A DNA stretch of 64,000 bases, taken from Cyanidioschyzon merolae (taxonomy: Eukaryota). Shown in pieces: positions 48,287 through 61,700 of the stretch (positions are counted from its first letter, which is position 1; every line of letters starts with the position of its first letter). The stretch lies in NCBI GenBank assembly GCA_000091205.1, contig AP006502.2; one strand, written 5' to 3'. The notes under the pieces are model-generated. The model saw nothing but the letters and a program-made list of their open reading frames with translations, did no database searches and was not told the DNA's origin. Made by a program: the position numbers and the translations under genes.

Positions 48287-49981
48287 TCAAGCCTTGTGGA
48301 ATGTAGCAATAAACTCGGTGAGAATTTTTCGCAAGGCTTCATCGGACTCCTTCGATAATTGGCCTTCCTGACGGATCTTTGCCAACAGATCACCATGATT
48401 TGAGCGCATGTTCTGCAGCATTGCTGCTTCATACTCGCGAATACGAGAGACGGGTACCTTGTCGAGAAGGCCACGTACACCTCCGTAGATCACGCACACT
48501 TGTTCTTCGAACGGCATCGGTTTGTACTGGCCTTGTTTCAACAGCTCATTCAGACGGTCTCCGCGATTCAGCAACTGCTGCGTGGCGGCATCCAGGTCAG
48601 AGCCGAACTGCGCAAAGGCAGCGACCTCCCGATGCTGCGCTAATTCCAGTTTCATCGACCCCGCAACCTGCTTCATCGCTTTTGGTTGCGCCGCAGATCC
48701 CACTCGACTAACCGAAATACCAACGTTGATCGCGGGACGTTGACCCTTGTAGAACAACTCCGACTCCAAGAATATCTGCCCGTCCGTAATCGAGATCACA
48801 TTCGTCGGAATGTACGCGGACACGTCACCAGCTTGCGTCTCTATGATGGGAAGCGCGGTCAGGGATCCGGCGCCTGCTGTATCGCTCATTTTCGCAGCGC
48901 GTTCCAGCAGACGCGAATGCAGGTAGAAGACATCACCGGGATAGGCTTCGCGACCCGGCGGACGCCGCAGCAACAGTGACATCTGTCTGTACGCGACTGC
49001 CTGCTTACTCAAGTCGTCATAGATAATGAGCGCATGCATACCGTTATCCCGGAAGTATTCGCCCATTGCACAGCCGGAAAACGGGGCCAGAAACTGGAGA
49101 GGTGCCGCATCCGATGCCGTCGCCGCCACGATGCACGTGTATTTGAGTGCGTCAGCCTGCTCGAGTCGATTCACCAACTGCGCGATCGTACTGCGCTTTT
49201 GCCCGACTCCAACATAAATGCAGTAGATTTTTTCAGGCCTGTTCTCGTCATGGGCCTTCTTCTGATTCAAAATCGCATCGATGGCAACCGCAGTTTTGCC
49301 GGTCTGTCGATCACCGATAATGAGCTCTCGTTGGCCGCGCCCTATCGGCACAAGACTATCCACAGCTTTGAGACCTGTCAGCATAGGCTCATGCACAGAA
49401 CGACGCGGGATAATACCCGGAGCCTTGACATCAACCCGTCGCCGCTGAACAGCGCGGATCGGGCCCTTACCGTCGATCGGCTGCCCCAGAGCGTCCACAA
49501 CGCGACCAATGACGCCTTCCCCGACCGGAACGTCTACAATAGCTTCCGTCCGTTTTACGAGAGAGCCTTCGGTAATATCGCGGTCGGAGCCGAAAACGAC
49601 AACACCTACATTATCCTGCTCAAGGTTGAGCGCCATGCCTTTGGTGCCGTCCGCGAACTCCACCATTTCACCGGCTTTGACATTGTTCAATCCGTAAACT
49701 CGGGCAATACCGTCACCAATGGTTAGCACTCTCCCGACTTCGTTCACATCGAACGGCTCCTCAACGCCGCTGATTTTCTCTTCGAGAATCGCAGAGAGCT
49801 CTGCTGCTGAGAGCGCGGATCTGCGCACAGCACCCGTAGCCCGCCAGCTGGAGAGCGACCTCTGCCGCTGGTCGCGATTCGCTGTGACCCACAAGGCACC
49901 GTGTACAGCTGCACGACCGCGTACAAGCAGGTCACTGGAACGCACCAAAGCACGAGCAAACGGTCTCAGGGCACGGTTCAT
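48287..49981 (-). CDS. F1F0 ATP synthase alpha subunit, mitochondrial precursor
   Basis: ATG at 49981. Presequence [16 protein letters not shown].. Then the canonical alpha-subunit sequence including Walker [20 protein letters not shown], and ...[37 protein letters not shown]...[18 protein letters not shown]. Full length, 564 aa. Confidence 0.95.
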   Translation of the reverse strand: MNRALRPFARALVRSSDLLVRGRAAVHGALWVTANRDQRQRSLSSWRATGAVRRSALSAAELSAILEEKISGVEEPFDVNEVGRVLTIGDGIARVYGLNNVKAGEMVEFADGTKGMALNLEQDNVGVVVFGSDRDITEGSLVKRTEAIVDVPVGEGVIGRVVDALGQPIDGKGPIRAVQRRRVDVKAPGIIPRRSVHEPMLTGLKAVDSLVPIGRGQRELIIGDRQTGKTAVAIDAILNQKKAHDENRPEKIYCIYVGVGQKRSTIAQLVNRLEQADALKYTCIVAATASDAAPLQFLAPFSGCAMGEYFRDNGMHALIIYDDLSKQAVAYRQMSLLLRRPPGREAYPGDVFYLHSRLLERAAKMSDTAGAGSLTALPIIETQAGDVSAYIPTNVISITDGQIFLESELFYKGQRPAINVGISVSRVGSAAQPKAMKQVAGSMKLELAQHREVAAFAQFGSDLDAATQQLLNRGDRLNELLKQGQYKPMPFEEQVCVIYGGVRGLLDKVPVSRIREYEAAMLQNMRSNHGDLLAKIRQEGQLSKESDEALRKILTEFIATFHKA

Positions 49982-51339
49982 GGAGAGGCTTTTCGGCCAA
50001 AAGCACGTCGTTGTTGAAGAGGCGCGTTCGTTACGGTTCTATTGGCGAAGGAGCGCCATCGTCTCATACGGCGGCAGCGTGGTAAGGGAATTCCCTTACG
50101 ATCAGACGTCAACGGTGATACCAAGTTTGTCTATTATTGATCAGATTCTGTTGACATGGATGTACGGGGCAATCGCCTCTGTCCAGGAAGCGCATCGGTA
50201 ACTGCAGCAGGGCGCTCACTGGACACCAAAAAACGCATCGATAAACGTTTATGCTGCGTTCGTCGGAAGTCGTCATCGGGCGTGCCGACTTGGTGCTACT
50301 GTCTGTGGCGATGCGCATGCCTCGATGTAGACGCGCCAGCTGGTGAAGGTCGTGCGGGACGTTGCACTCGGAAGCTGGTACATGCTTGGACACTTTTTCT
50401 GGAAATCGAGAAGCTCCAGCGCTGACTCGACAAGCGCCTATTGGTGTGTGTGTGTGTGTGTGTGTGACGACGTGCTCGCGGCACTGGCTGGGGAAACGAT
50501 ACACGCATGGAATCCCCAACTTTTATTCCGTGGATTTTTCATAGACAAAACTTTTCCATTGGGCAGCGTTCTCCGATTGTACGCTCCTCCTTTCCTTCTT
50601 TTCGTTTGTTTCGTTTTTTTTCAGTGCGCGGTGAATGCTTCCATTCCGTGGATGCAAGGCGATCTGCACGCCGACAGGCCGGCATCCCGACCGGTGGATC
50701 GACGGCGAGACGTTTTTTGTATGGTCCCCGTCCAACCTGGAAGCGAATGAATACAGAGAAATGCTTCCAATGCTCGTCGTTTTCATCGTATTTGCAACAC
50801 GCTACCGAACCGTGTGCAATCCTATGGATATCGCGTATGTTGTTCATTGCTCCTACACCCTTGATCGAGAATTGGAAAAAAATTCTGCATCTGCATCCAG
50901 ACCAAAACCGCTTCCGTTTACAAAACCTATAGCTTCAGCGTCTTTCGGCGGGAAATATGAAAGCGAGCTCATGGATACTGTGGGGAAATCAATGTCCGTC
51001 CCGGTACTATCTGTGCTTGACGCTCACGACGACTCTGGGACCCAGCAACCTGCTCTGGGTACACCAGACGGCACAGATTGCCGGCAGACGTTGAATTTCA
51101 TTCTCTAGAAAACCCGTATCCTCCATAACAAGTCGAGTCCTTGCTATTGTCTGCGACGAATGCGTACGCTGCATCCACCGCAGCGAATCCGCGACACGAT
51201 GCCAAGTACGTCGAATGCTGCGTTTCCTGGTGTACTGCCGCGCGACAGGTTTTGAACGGTTGCACTCGAGAGGGCGTACGCACTCGTGTTGGCGTTCCTC
51301 GCACTGTTTTGTTTTCGATCTAGTAATCAGTTCTTGACC
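49982..51339. promoter_or_regulatory. Bidirectional promoter interval between ATP synthase alpha (-) and IspF-HisE (+). Contains a (GT)~12 microsatellite and a long polypyrimidine tract.
   Basis: Head-to-head arrangement. The (GT)n run is at 50444..50466. The polypyrimidine tract 'ctcctcctttccttcttttcgtttgtttcgttttttttcag' is at about 50581-50625. Confidence 0.4.
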
Positions 51340-52446
51340 ATGTTTCTGGCTCCGACAATACACTTCACGCACAGAAAACACCGCATTGGAACCCTCGGGA
51401 ACCGAGTAGTAGCTCGCTACCATCGACCGTGCACCAACGTTCCAAAACCGCGAGCCCGTGTTCCGTCTCTTCAACGCCGGCTCTCAGTTCAAGCGTCGGC
51501 TCTCAGAGTGGGCCACGGCTTTGATCTGCATCGCCTGGAACCTGGACTACCTCTGATTCTCGGTGGTGTGCGTCTCGAGCACGATCGTGGTTGCGCAGCG
51601 CACTCGGACGGCGACGCCGTCTACCACGCTGTTACGGACGCGATTTTGGGTGCCTTGGCACTGCCGGACATTGGCCAGCTTTTCCCGGACACCGACCCCC
51701 AATGGAAAGGGGCAACTTCGGATGTTTTTCTCCGGGCAGCCGGGGCTATGATGCTTCAACAGGGGTACCGCATCGCGAACCTCGACGTTACTGTCATTCT
51801 GGAACGGCCCAAGCTCGCCCCGCACAAAGAACAAATACGCCAGAATATAGCGGGACTTTTGGGGCTTAGTCTCGAACAAGTGAATTTGAAAGCAAAAACA
51901 CACGAAAAAGTAGATAGCATCGGGGAGAATCGCAGCGTCGGCTGTCACGCCATGATCCTACTCGAGCGTCAACCGCTCGGGAACAGTGACGAGCCTTCCA
52001 CGTCCGCATCCGAAAGCTTCGCATCATCAGCAAGCGGTGCTCCCAACGCTGCATCTCCTAATAGTCTGGAATCGGGTGTGTTTGCCGCACTCGCAGCGAC
52101 GCTCTCTCGAGTCCATGAAGTGATCGAGTCACGACGGTCAGCAGACCCGGAGAAATCATGGACAGCGAAGCTCTTCGCGAAAGGACGCCATAAAATCGCC
52201 CAGAAAGTCGGCGAGGAAGCGCTTGAAGTGGCACTAGATGCTGTGCAAAATCGACCTGATCGCGTCGTGGAAGAAAGCGCCGACCTGTTGTACCACCTTT
52301 TGGTACTGTGGGCGGATCTGGGAGTCCATCCCAACCAGATCGCAGCGGAGCTTGAAAAGCGACAAGGCAAAAGCGGTTTACGCGAAAAGCAGCATCGCAA
52401 TGAATACAAGGACACAAAGGAGCAGCATGATTTGGTGCAGCACTAA
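51340..52446 (+). CDS. ispF: Fusion protein in N-to-C order: plastid-type leader, IspF (2-C-methyl-D-erythritol 2,4-cyclodiphosphate synthase), Ser/Ala-rich linker, HisE (phosphoribosyl-ATP pyrophosphohydrolase, MazG/HisE fold)
   Basis: First ATG at 51340 (MFLAPTIHFTHRKHR...SLQRRLSVQASA). The IspF core is LRVGHGFDLHRLEPGLPLILGGVRLEHDRGCAAHSDGDAVYHAVTDAILGALALPDIGQLFPDTDPQWKGATSDVFLRAAG...VTVILERPKLAPHKEQIRQNIAGLLGL...GCHAMILLE. The linker follows. The HisE block is RRSADPEKSWTAKLFAKGRHKIAQKVGEEALEVALDA...DRVVEESADLLYHLLVLWADLGVHPNQIAAELEKRQGKSGLREK. It is one continuous frame with no intervening stop. Confidence 0.85.
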   Translation: MFLAPTIHFTHRKHRIGTLGNRVVARYHRPCTNVPKPRARVPSLQRRLSVQASALRVGHGFDLHRLEPGLPLILGGVRLEHDRGCAAHSDGDAVYHAVTDAILGALALPDIGQLFPDTDPQWKGATSDVFLRAAGAMMLQQGYRIANLDVTVILERPKLAPHKEQIRQNIAGLLGLSLEQVNLKAKTHEKVDSIGENRSVGCHAMILLERQPLGNSDEPSTSASESFASSASGAPNAASPNSLESGVFAALAATLSRVHEVIESRRSADPEKSWTAKLFAKGRHKIAQKVGEEALEVALDAVQNRPDRVVEESADLLYHLLVLWADLGVHPNQIAAELEKRQGKSGLREKQHRNEYKDTKEQHDLVQH

Positions 52447-52709
52447 CGCGAGCAGCTCGTGACCCGCGGAGACCGTTCCCCAGCAATGCATCCTGTTTTC
52501 GAGCTTTTGTTGCGCCGCTGGCCACCACGAAAGGTCCAAATACGCGTCTAGGCGCGAGCAACTTGTCGAGTAGACGCATCAACGCACCAGTGTCGACCAG
52601 GTGCACGATCCGCTGAAACAATGGATCCCGCGCCTCCATTCGATGAAGCCGAAGCGTTCGTTTTCGATGCCCGACGTCGACACTGGAGCATCTCACCACA
52701 TTGCGCATG

Positions 52710-55700
52710 TCATGAACGAAAATAGACACCGAGTGGAAACGATACCGAAGCGTCGTATGCGTACAGGGCATCTGCCCAGCCACGGGGCACTGGTACAAAA
52801 CCTTGGAACAAGTGCGGCTGCCGACACCGTTGCCATGCGTTCGGTGTTGCAGATTCCCCGTAACCCGCTTGTTTGGCATCCGTCCGTCCTATAATCGATG
52901 CAGTGGTGTTGCAGCGCGAGTCTGGCGATGCCTTTGAGCGCTTTTGGACGCGCCAGGGTGCTTCCGGGCACTCCGCTTGTTCCCGGGGGCCGGACTGGTC
53001 TAGTCGGAGCTGGGGCAACCACCAGCGCTCCATCACGACAACTCGGGAGCAGGGCGAACGAGACCTGCAAAGCGCGACATACCACACTGTTTGGAGCCGG
53101 TCTGCAACGGCGTTCGCCACAACTGCGCTCGTCAACGGAATCGTGAGGAGCCGCCAGCCTCTGCTGGTACGTCTCGGAAGCATTTTCAAACGCAGAACAA
53201 GATCGTCGGCGGATGCCGGTACCCAACGCTGGATGAACCAGTAGACTCGCCGCCAGAAGCATCGCCAGCACCTGCTTTCCTTTGTGAGCGTCGCCTGCGC
53301 AGCGGTATCTGCTCGAACTGGATGCTGACGCTGCTTCAGGTTCAGCACACAGGGGCAACGGATTTGCGGCATGACCTGTTCCGGTGCCAGGGCAAGCACA
53401 TGCAGCTTGTCGTAGCCGGGAGGCATCAGCCACAACATGATCACGTCGCTCCACTGGAGCTCATCCAGGACCTGCCACGAGCAACTTGAGCGATTCACGG
53501 AAAACGGACCGTTTGTCGGTAGCCGCAAGTGCCAGAGACGCCGATTCGTGCACAACACAGCCTCGTTCGGCACTGGACGACAACAAAAGCGATACTGCTC
53601 CGACAAAAGTTCCGAGGAGCTCGCCTGATCGAGCATCTGCCACAGTTCGTATCCCAGCACTGCATCTTCGATGTCGTAGCTGTGATCCAGCTTTGTGCTG
53701 GGCATCCGCGGAGGTCTCAACGGAGCGCTCCATTCGGCAACGCTCCACGTCCATGCGGTCTCCCCAGCAGCCGATTCAATCAGATGCCACGCTGCTTGGT
53801 CTAACAGATCCCGAGCTATTGCCAGCACCGTAGCCGTTGCCTGCATCATGAACAGAAGCGGTGTCGCGAGGAGGATGCCCATTCGTTGGCCGGCCGCGGC
53901 ATGCCACCACCACCGCCACCGCCACCGCCGCCGAAGACGCTCCACCTTGGAGCTGCTGGCACGCTCGGCTGGTGACCCAGGCACCACTGCATCCGTTTTC
54001 GAGTACCGCTGCTGGTGCTGGTGCCCATGAGACGCACCTCCGGTACCTGAAACTTGAACGCGACGCTCAAGGAACCGTGCTGCCCCGCTGTTCGCGTCCG
54101 GGATGCTCCGGTTGTGTGCAGCGCCTGGCATGCGCGCTGCAATATCAAGGGCGAGCGTCGCCAGCCCTATATGTTGCCTGAGGGTTCCCGCTGCCAGCGC
54201 TATCATTCGATGGAATGCATCCAGGGAGGCTGCACCTAACCCCGCGCCATACCCCAGCGACAACGCTGCCGCTGCTCCTAAGATACGGTGCCGATGGCGC
54301 TGACGCAACAACGCTCCGAGTTGTCTCGCTATCTGACGAACAAGTCGACTTAAATGGCGCGCATATCGTGCCGGATTCCCTAACCATTCCGCAGAACTGA
54401 TGACTTTCCAAACCTCCCGGTTCAGTTGTTGTTGATAATGGCGCACCAGGTGCTGCACCAGGTCGTCGCTTGTCTCAAAGGTACCGTCGAGGACGAGTTC
54501 GCGTAGCCACAGCGATGCATCCTGAACATTCATGAGCGGTGTAAGCATGAGTGCTGTCAAACGGGGCCACTCGCTTCCGCGGTATTGCAGGAGCGTTCCC
54601 AGGCTCACCAGGTCGGTTCGTACCGATAGAGTGCATGCCAGCGGAGCGCATACAACGTCGTGAAAAGCGAGTCGCAGGGAGCGTTCAGAACGCTGCTGCA
54701 CCTGGGACACACTGGGAACACCTCGTAGCAGCGCCTGCTCCAGGGCGCGTCTCAAAAGCTGACAAGCGTCAGCGCCAGCCCGGTACTGGGCAGCGGAGCT
54801 ACCGAGCGCTTCATTCGCACCAGCGTCATATTGACAGCAACTGCAGTCGCTCTCCCTGCGCGCTGTGCACTGCGTCAACGATTCCCGTAATGAACGCGAC
54901 AACGGCATTGACGATAGCGATGATCGTGACGACGACGTATCCCCAGAGCGACATGTCCAGCAATACCTCGATGCCGGTGCATTGCCGTCACGCAATATCC
55001 GAGCCGCTGCTCCAGCTCGCCTCGAACTGGAGCTCCTTGCCCGCGCTTGCGTCAGTCGCTGAGCACTTGTTGCTGCAACGAGGCCCATGCTTGGTGTCCA
55101 GAAGATCTCCAGCTCTTGATCCTGCTGCTCAGCACCAACAGACGCCATTCGCAATGCATCAGCAGACGTTTCAACGGGGGTCATGGCATCGACTTGTCGC
55201 CGCCAAGCCACGAACCAGTCAACCATTTGAACAACCAGCGATGCATCGATGTCGAGATCGAGTCGTCCACACCGCACCTGTCCCGAGTGGATCCGTAGAA
55301 ACGTATGCGCACCAGTGCTACTAGACTCGAAACGGGTTCGCAGTACACAAGCAGCTTGCTTCGGGGCTCGCCAAGCGCCATCGTCGCTCGTCCACCGCCT
55401 CGAGGCAACCGATGCTGATAACGATGACGCTCCAGGCGCTGACGCTGACCCCTGACAAGCATACGAAACGGGCCTGCGACGGAGCGAGAACCACGAGACA
55501 ACCGCCAGCCGATCTAGCTGCCGGCTCGTGTTGTGATCTGGACGTATCGACGACTTCTTCTTCTTCTTCTTCTTCGAGTGCCGTTCGTGATCCGAAGCGA
55601 GGCTCAGTGCTCGGCTTGTGCGCGAGGCAGCGTCATTCGCTGCGACACTGTGCAGCCTCAGCGGTACACACCAGGCACCTGGTAATGTAGGATGCTGCAG

Positions 55701-58700
55701 AGCCGAACTGTGATCGAGTTGCAGTGCCTCGCAGACAAAAGCGACCTCACCATGGTAGCTCTCATCCAAACTGGCCTTTTGACGCAGCATATCGCTTCCA
55801 TCTTGGGTGCGTTTGACGTGATGCCAACGCGCATCCACGCCTCGTATGCCGAGGTAGACGACTTGTTCGAAAAGTGGCGGCTCTCTTGTCGTTGTCGTCA
55901 TCCGCAGCAGGGAAATGCCCATCTCGGGTACGCAGAGCTCACATGTGAACGCAGAGGCGTGGCGATCGATACCAGCACCAGCGTAGTGCATTGTCGTACT
56001 GGCTGGAAGCGCGTCCAGCGGTGTTTCAGACGGCGAGGTTTCTGTCGAAACATCATGTCGCTCGTCTACAGAGCGCTGCAGCGACGTTGACGCACCACGG
56101 CTTTGACTCGAGCGTCGAGGCACTGCAGGCTGTTCCTGTTGTTGCTCGTTTTCGGCGATGATGAGCGCAAGCGTTGCCTGGCATCGCTGCAGGCGAATCT
56201 GGAACGTGCGGCTTCGAGACGCTGCACCCGGAGCGCCCGCGGAGTTCGCTACACACCAGCGAACACTTTGATTACAGACCAAGTGCACCGCTGTCTGCGA
56301 GGCAACGTGCACGCGACGACGGCGATGACGACGACGACGACAACCGAGCCCCACTAGTTGCCAGAGACGAGTCCGGCATTGTTGCAGACGCGGAATCACG
56401 CGCAGTTGGACCGCTTGTCCCGTTCGTTTTCCGTCATGATATCCCCGGTGCCTGCTACGCCCGTTGGTGCGGTCGCCGCTGACACCGCTGTCGGTTGCAA
56501 CCTGTGTTTCTCCATGTACAGCTGCAACTGAAGCATGCGAATGCAGCTCGGGCTCTAAGCGAAAAGCGCCCACGTATCCAATCCCGTCGATCCAGAGCTC
56601 GAGAATCGGCTCTGCAAGCGGCTCATCCCAGGTGTAGGCGCATTCCGAGAGCGGGTCCAGTGCTTGCAGCGCATCGTCATCGATAACGTCCTGGGTCTGC
56701 TTCATGCAGCAGCCGCTTCGACAGTGCGCCGGTTCAAGGCGTTGAGCGAAACGAATGCGTTCAATCGTCTGATTCCGGATCCGATACGGTACCAGCAACG
56801 GATGCGGCGGCAGAATCGTTACCAGATGCACGGGTGTCACTGGACTGGTACCTGCTGCAGTGTGCACCCGCGGAAACTGACAAGCGCCCGTTGAGGCCTG
56901 GCGAAGACGCAGACACCAGTCGCTACCAGCGGTGACGGGAACACGTCCACTCCAGTACCAGCCGGGAGCAGCAATGCGGATGCGAAGGCATGGCTTGTTC
57001 GTACCAGCTGGCCAGTGCAACGTTGCCATGGCACCAGGCTCGAGGCGAAAGACGCTCCCGTCAGCGAGCAGTCTGTCGATATCGTTGGCGGCTGTTGGCC
57101 GGACGTCGACAAGGTCCAGGTCGCTGCCGGGGCTGTGCGTTCCTGCCCGGGGATTTGCGGCCCCGAATGATAAGCATTCATCGCCGGTATCCTGGTCGAC
57201 AGGCCATACCAGGAGCGTGTAGGCCGGCCACAAGTTCACCAGGCGGTATCGCGGGTACACCACGAGCAGCCGCGAACGCTCGAGCGGATACCCCAGCGGT
57301 TGGACGCAGACGACCGCATCCAACTGACGAGGACGCGGTACATACGCACCGTCGAACGTTGTCGGTGTCGATGAAGACGACGACGGCCAAGTTTCTGCCA
57401 CCGCTGCGGCAGGTGACCAAGCGCTAAAGCGTGGAGCGATAGAACGCGACACTTGAGACAAGCGCGAATGCGGTGTTGTCGCTGCTGCTGCTGCTGGTGC
57501 TGCGGCTAATGATGATGATACAAGCCACGGCCAACGAGCGTCTGTTTCAAGTGGTGTCGATACGCTCGCGTGTCTTGATCGCACTAGTCGCAACGGACTA
57601 GTTTTCACTTCAGGAGTACCAGTAGCAGCAACATGAACAACAGCATCCGCTACCGTCACCGCAGCTTGTGTGGGTGCTCGATCGGCACCGTGTGCAGATG
57701 CAAGGCGTTGCCAGGCGCTAGGCTGCTGCAGCACCGCCGCCGGAGACGCGAGCATCGCACGAGTCCATCTGTGCGGCTTACGCTCACCTGCAACTGCATA
57801 GAGAGAAATCACCAGGGCCTCATGCGCAAGTCTGGTGCCTGCACACCACGCACTCCATTCGGTATGTGCAGTGCGCCACGAGAGTGCGAGCTCTGGAAGC
57901 GACCATGCAGTCCAGGGACACGGGGCGAGTGTGAGCGGCAGCACTTGTCCGCAAACGGGGCCGCCGTTGTGTCCACCACCACGTGCTTGATACGGTAACC
58001 GCCCATAACGAGCGTTCTCGAATGCATCAAAAGCACCAGTCGTATGAGCAGATATTGGACGCGGCGGTGCGCACTCGCGACATGTCAAGGGCATGGAGCT
58101 GCTGCTACTGCTGCTGCTGCTGCTGCTGCAGGGATAGGCAACGCTTTGGATGGGCGTTTGCGGTGCAGCTGTTGCCGTAGCCTGCTCTGCTTGCACAGTC
58201 TCGAGGTCAGACTGGACACCAGGGCGTCCCGTGTCGATCCAGTTTGCCAAATGTCGTCGCAGTTGCGAGCACCAGGAGCGCCTCTCTGCAGGGATTGCCT
58301 GCATCAAGGTCGTCGGCGACGCTGTCCACAGTGAGCACCACAGTTCCGGAACGCACAGGGTTATCTGCCGCAAAGCACGTGGGTGCTCCCATCCAAAGTC
58401 GACTGCAAAACACGTCCCCAGTGGTGACATTGTTTCCGCGGGCTTCCAAGGCCACGGTGCCAGCCACCTGGGCGCATCGTAGACTACCCGTCGACGATAA
58501 TCATCGCACTCGTGTTCGATCGCATCCGCATGAATGGTTGCTGCTTCTGCTGCTGCTGCTTCTGCTGCTTCTGCTGCTGCTGCTGCTGCGTTCGGCTCGT
58601 TTGCTGTTCGATGAGGTGATCGATCCCGAATCGCTAATGACCTGCACACCTGGGAGGAAAGCGCAAGTGCACCACGATCGGATGCTACCACTGCCTCAGT

Positions 58701-61700
58701 CTGAGAGGTTACAAGTTCATCCAGCCAAGGATGAATCGGGAACAAGTCAGTCGACGCTGTGGTAGGCAGCTGAATCCAGACACGTCCAGGCAACAAGAAT
58801 GCCGATGAATCGGATGCTGCTGTTGACGTTGACTTTGACTGGTGTCCTCGATATCGAGGCAGATGCCGCTGGTGGCTGGTGGCGGCTTTTGGGCGTCGCT
58901 GCTGACGCCAGCCTGCCACCTCCTGGACGGTAGCTCGACGAGCGCCTGGCACACCAGCACGGGTGCAGTCTTTCGCGTTGGCATTGGCGGCAGCGGCGGT
59001 ACTGTCGACTTGGAGCTCCTCCAGCAGCGCCATAGGAGGCGGCTCGAACGCCTCCGGCAACGCCAGCGATACCCAGTGTGCTGGTTGCCAGCAGCAGCTC
59101 GTGGGGATGCTCGTATCCTCAGCGCTGTCCGAGGCATTCCGGGCAGGGTGCTGGTGCTGGTGCTGGTGCTGGTGCTGGTCGTGAAGATTCGTTTCGCTTT
59201 CGGGAGCGCCACCTAGTGTCGCTCTTGTTGCCAAACGCTTCCTCGAGGGATCCGTTGGTGCACTTGGTGCTCCAGTCGTTGACGCTACTGCTTTTGCTGC
59301 GGATAGCGCACACTCGAGATCAAACAGTGCATCCATCCGACAGCTGCGATACACTTGACCAGGCCAGAGCAGTGTCGCTCGATCCACGAAAACAGGTTCG
59401 ATCGATGCATTCCGTATTTGCCAGGGTGCATGGAGCGTCACCAACACAAGAGGCACGCTCACCGCCTCGTTACTCGTTGGTACACGACGAATGACCTGGG
59501 CAGTGAGCAGCGCACCCCAGATGGGGTCCGGCTCCGGATTCAGGTGCCTCGCAGAGCGCGTTCGCGGACGACGACTCGGTATCGGAGACGGTGCCAATGG
59601 ACCCAACCAGAGCACTCGGGATTCGTCGTCGCGAACATTCTGGGCAAGGTCCACGAACCAGGACCACAAGTACGAGGCAGGATGCACACTCGCAACTGCA
59701 GATGCATTGCTGACGCCGTGTTCACCGGTTCGGCACACATTCGGAGCAGTCACTTGGGGGCAGGCATCGTGTTCACTGCATTGCACTTGTCGTGGTTGTT
59801 GCGCTTCACACCCGAGCATGGACGGTGCAGGTAACCTGGTGCTGCTTGCATCCACGTCTGGTACCATCGCGTCATCGTCCAGTTCCGTGCAGAGCTGCCA
59901 GACACAGGGTGTTGGTGCAAACAACGAGGCTGCTCGGATATTGGTACGCGAAGCGAAACTCGATGCTCCATTCTGGACGGCTGTTGGATTCGCAGTCGCT
60001 TCGAAACGAGCTATACAGCACGGAGTGTTACGCACGTTCGAAGTGGTGTCATGCGTCCACAGTGACAAGCAGAGTGGCGTCTGATTCTCCCAGTACAGGG
60101 GCGACTCGAAGCGGCAGAGCCACTGGGGATCTGGTGTTGCTGCTGTTTGACCAGTGGCTGTTACCTTTTCAGAAACAACGCTTTTGCGTCGATACAGAAC
60201 AACCACCAGCACCAAACAGGGCCACTGCAAGGCTTGTATCGCCACGAGCTCGAGCGCAGCGTCAGGCGCGACCCAGCTGAGGGCCTCGCTTCGCGATACA
60301 CCTCCAGAGCGATTATCCAATGGTGCATCCAATGATGATGATGATGATGATGATGTCAGAAACCGTCGCCACTCGGAGAGACGCAGCACCTGCGGATTCT
60401 GGTCCAAAGCGTGAACCGCAATGTCTTGATAGAACGATGCTCGGGGAACGTATCGCATCTCGTCGACAGCGAGCGTACCGTACGCGCTCAGGTGCAGCGG
60501 CAAGCCACTAGCATTGACAAGAGCGAGCGTACCACACTGAGGGCGAACTGGTACCACCAGTGCGGCGCGCTCTGGCCTGCCTGCCTGTATTTGCAGCGTT
60601 CGCTCCACAGCAGCAGCGATTCGAGGCGTAATGTTCAAGCACAAGGCGTCGGTGCTGCTCAGGCGCAGCAGTGTCTGGCGGGCGGGCAGCGTAGACGCCT
60701 CGTGTGACCCACAACAGGCATCAGCAGCAATGCCGTTGCTGTTGTCGTTGTCGTTGTCGTTGTCGTTGTTCACAGCAGCTGTCTGTCGTTCTAGTTGCTG
60801 CAATTGCAGTTGCAATCGTGCCGGCTCCAGAACGAGCTCATCAGTGAGGAACGCTCGGCAGGAGCCCTGCACCTGGAGCCAAAGCGCTGTCCATGGAATG
60901 ACATGTTGCAGGACGCGAACTGAGAGGTTATCGATTTGCAGCGACCACTGCAAGCTGCTTGTCGCGTATGCACCAGCGCTAGCACCAGCACCAGCACCAG
61001 CATCGACAGGAATAGAAACAGCTGCTCCGGCAACGTGCATGGTAAGGGTAACAAGGCGGCCGTCGACTTGATACCATCGAGGCTCACTGAGCGCGCAGGG
61101 TGCTTCATCTGACGTCGATAACGACGACAAAGAAGACGATGATGATCCAGAGGAGAACGAGTTGCGGTGCTGGCCGACTGAGGATGATGCACGACGACGC
61201 CACCAATCGTTGTTCCAGTGTATATCCAGTGTCGACCAAGAGAGGCGCTTCTCAACATGCGGATACGCACAGTTTCGAACTAGGCACTGTTGCAGATGAA
61301 GCGCACAGCCACGCAGCCACAACGCGGAAGCCGCGAGTCCCCCAGCTGGAGTCGACAGAGGCCTCGAATCCGCAGCGCGAACATCAAACGCTGAGAAGCG
61401 ATCATCATCATCATCATCATCATCATCATCTGTGCCGTTTTTGTCTGCTTGACTCGATAAAGCGCTGATCGAGTCGTGCTGCCCTGTGCTTGCATCTCGA
61501 TACCTCGTCTGGCAATGGTAGTGCCGGTGATTCATCGGGGGTATTTGCGGCCTGCTTCGCCAGCGTCCCTGCTCATCGATGTAGCTCGCTAGACTGGAAG
61601 CCGTTGCTACCAGTGAGGCCACCACGAGATCACGCGGATACGCCTGTTCGTAGCCGGGGACGCGGTACCACTTGGGACGATCCCAGAATACAGCCTTACC

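Noticed and set aside
54551-60084. Several plus-strand ORFs of 150-260 aa (e.g. 54551..55324, 59355..59834, 59491..60084, 58244..58765)
   Set aside because: All are antisense to the continuous 11-kb minus-strand ORF. They are rich in Arg/Ala/Pro/Ser as expected for the reverse frame of GC-rich coding DNA. No domains recognised.
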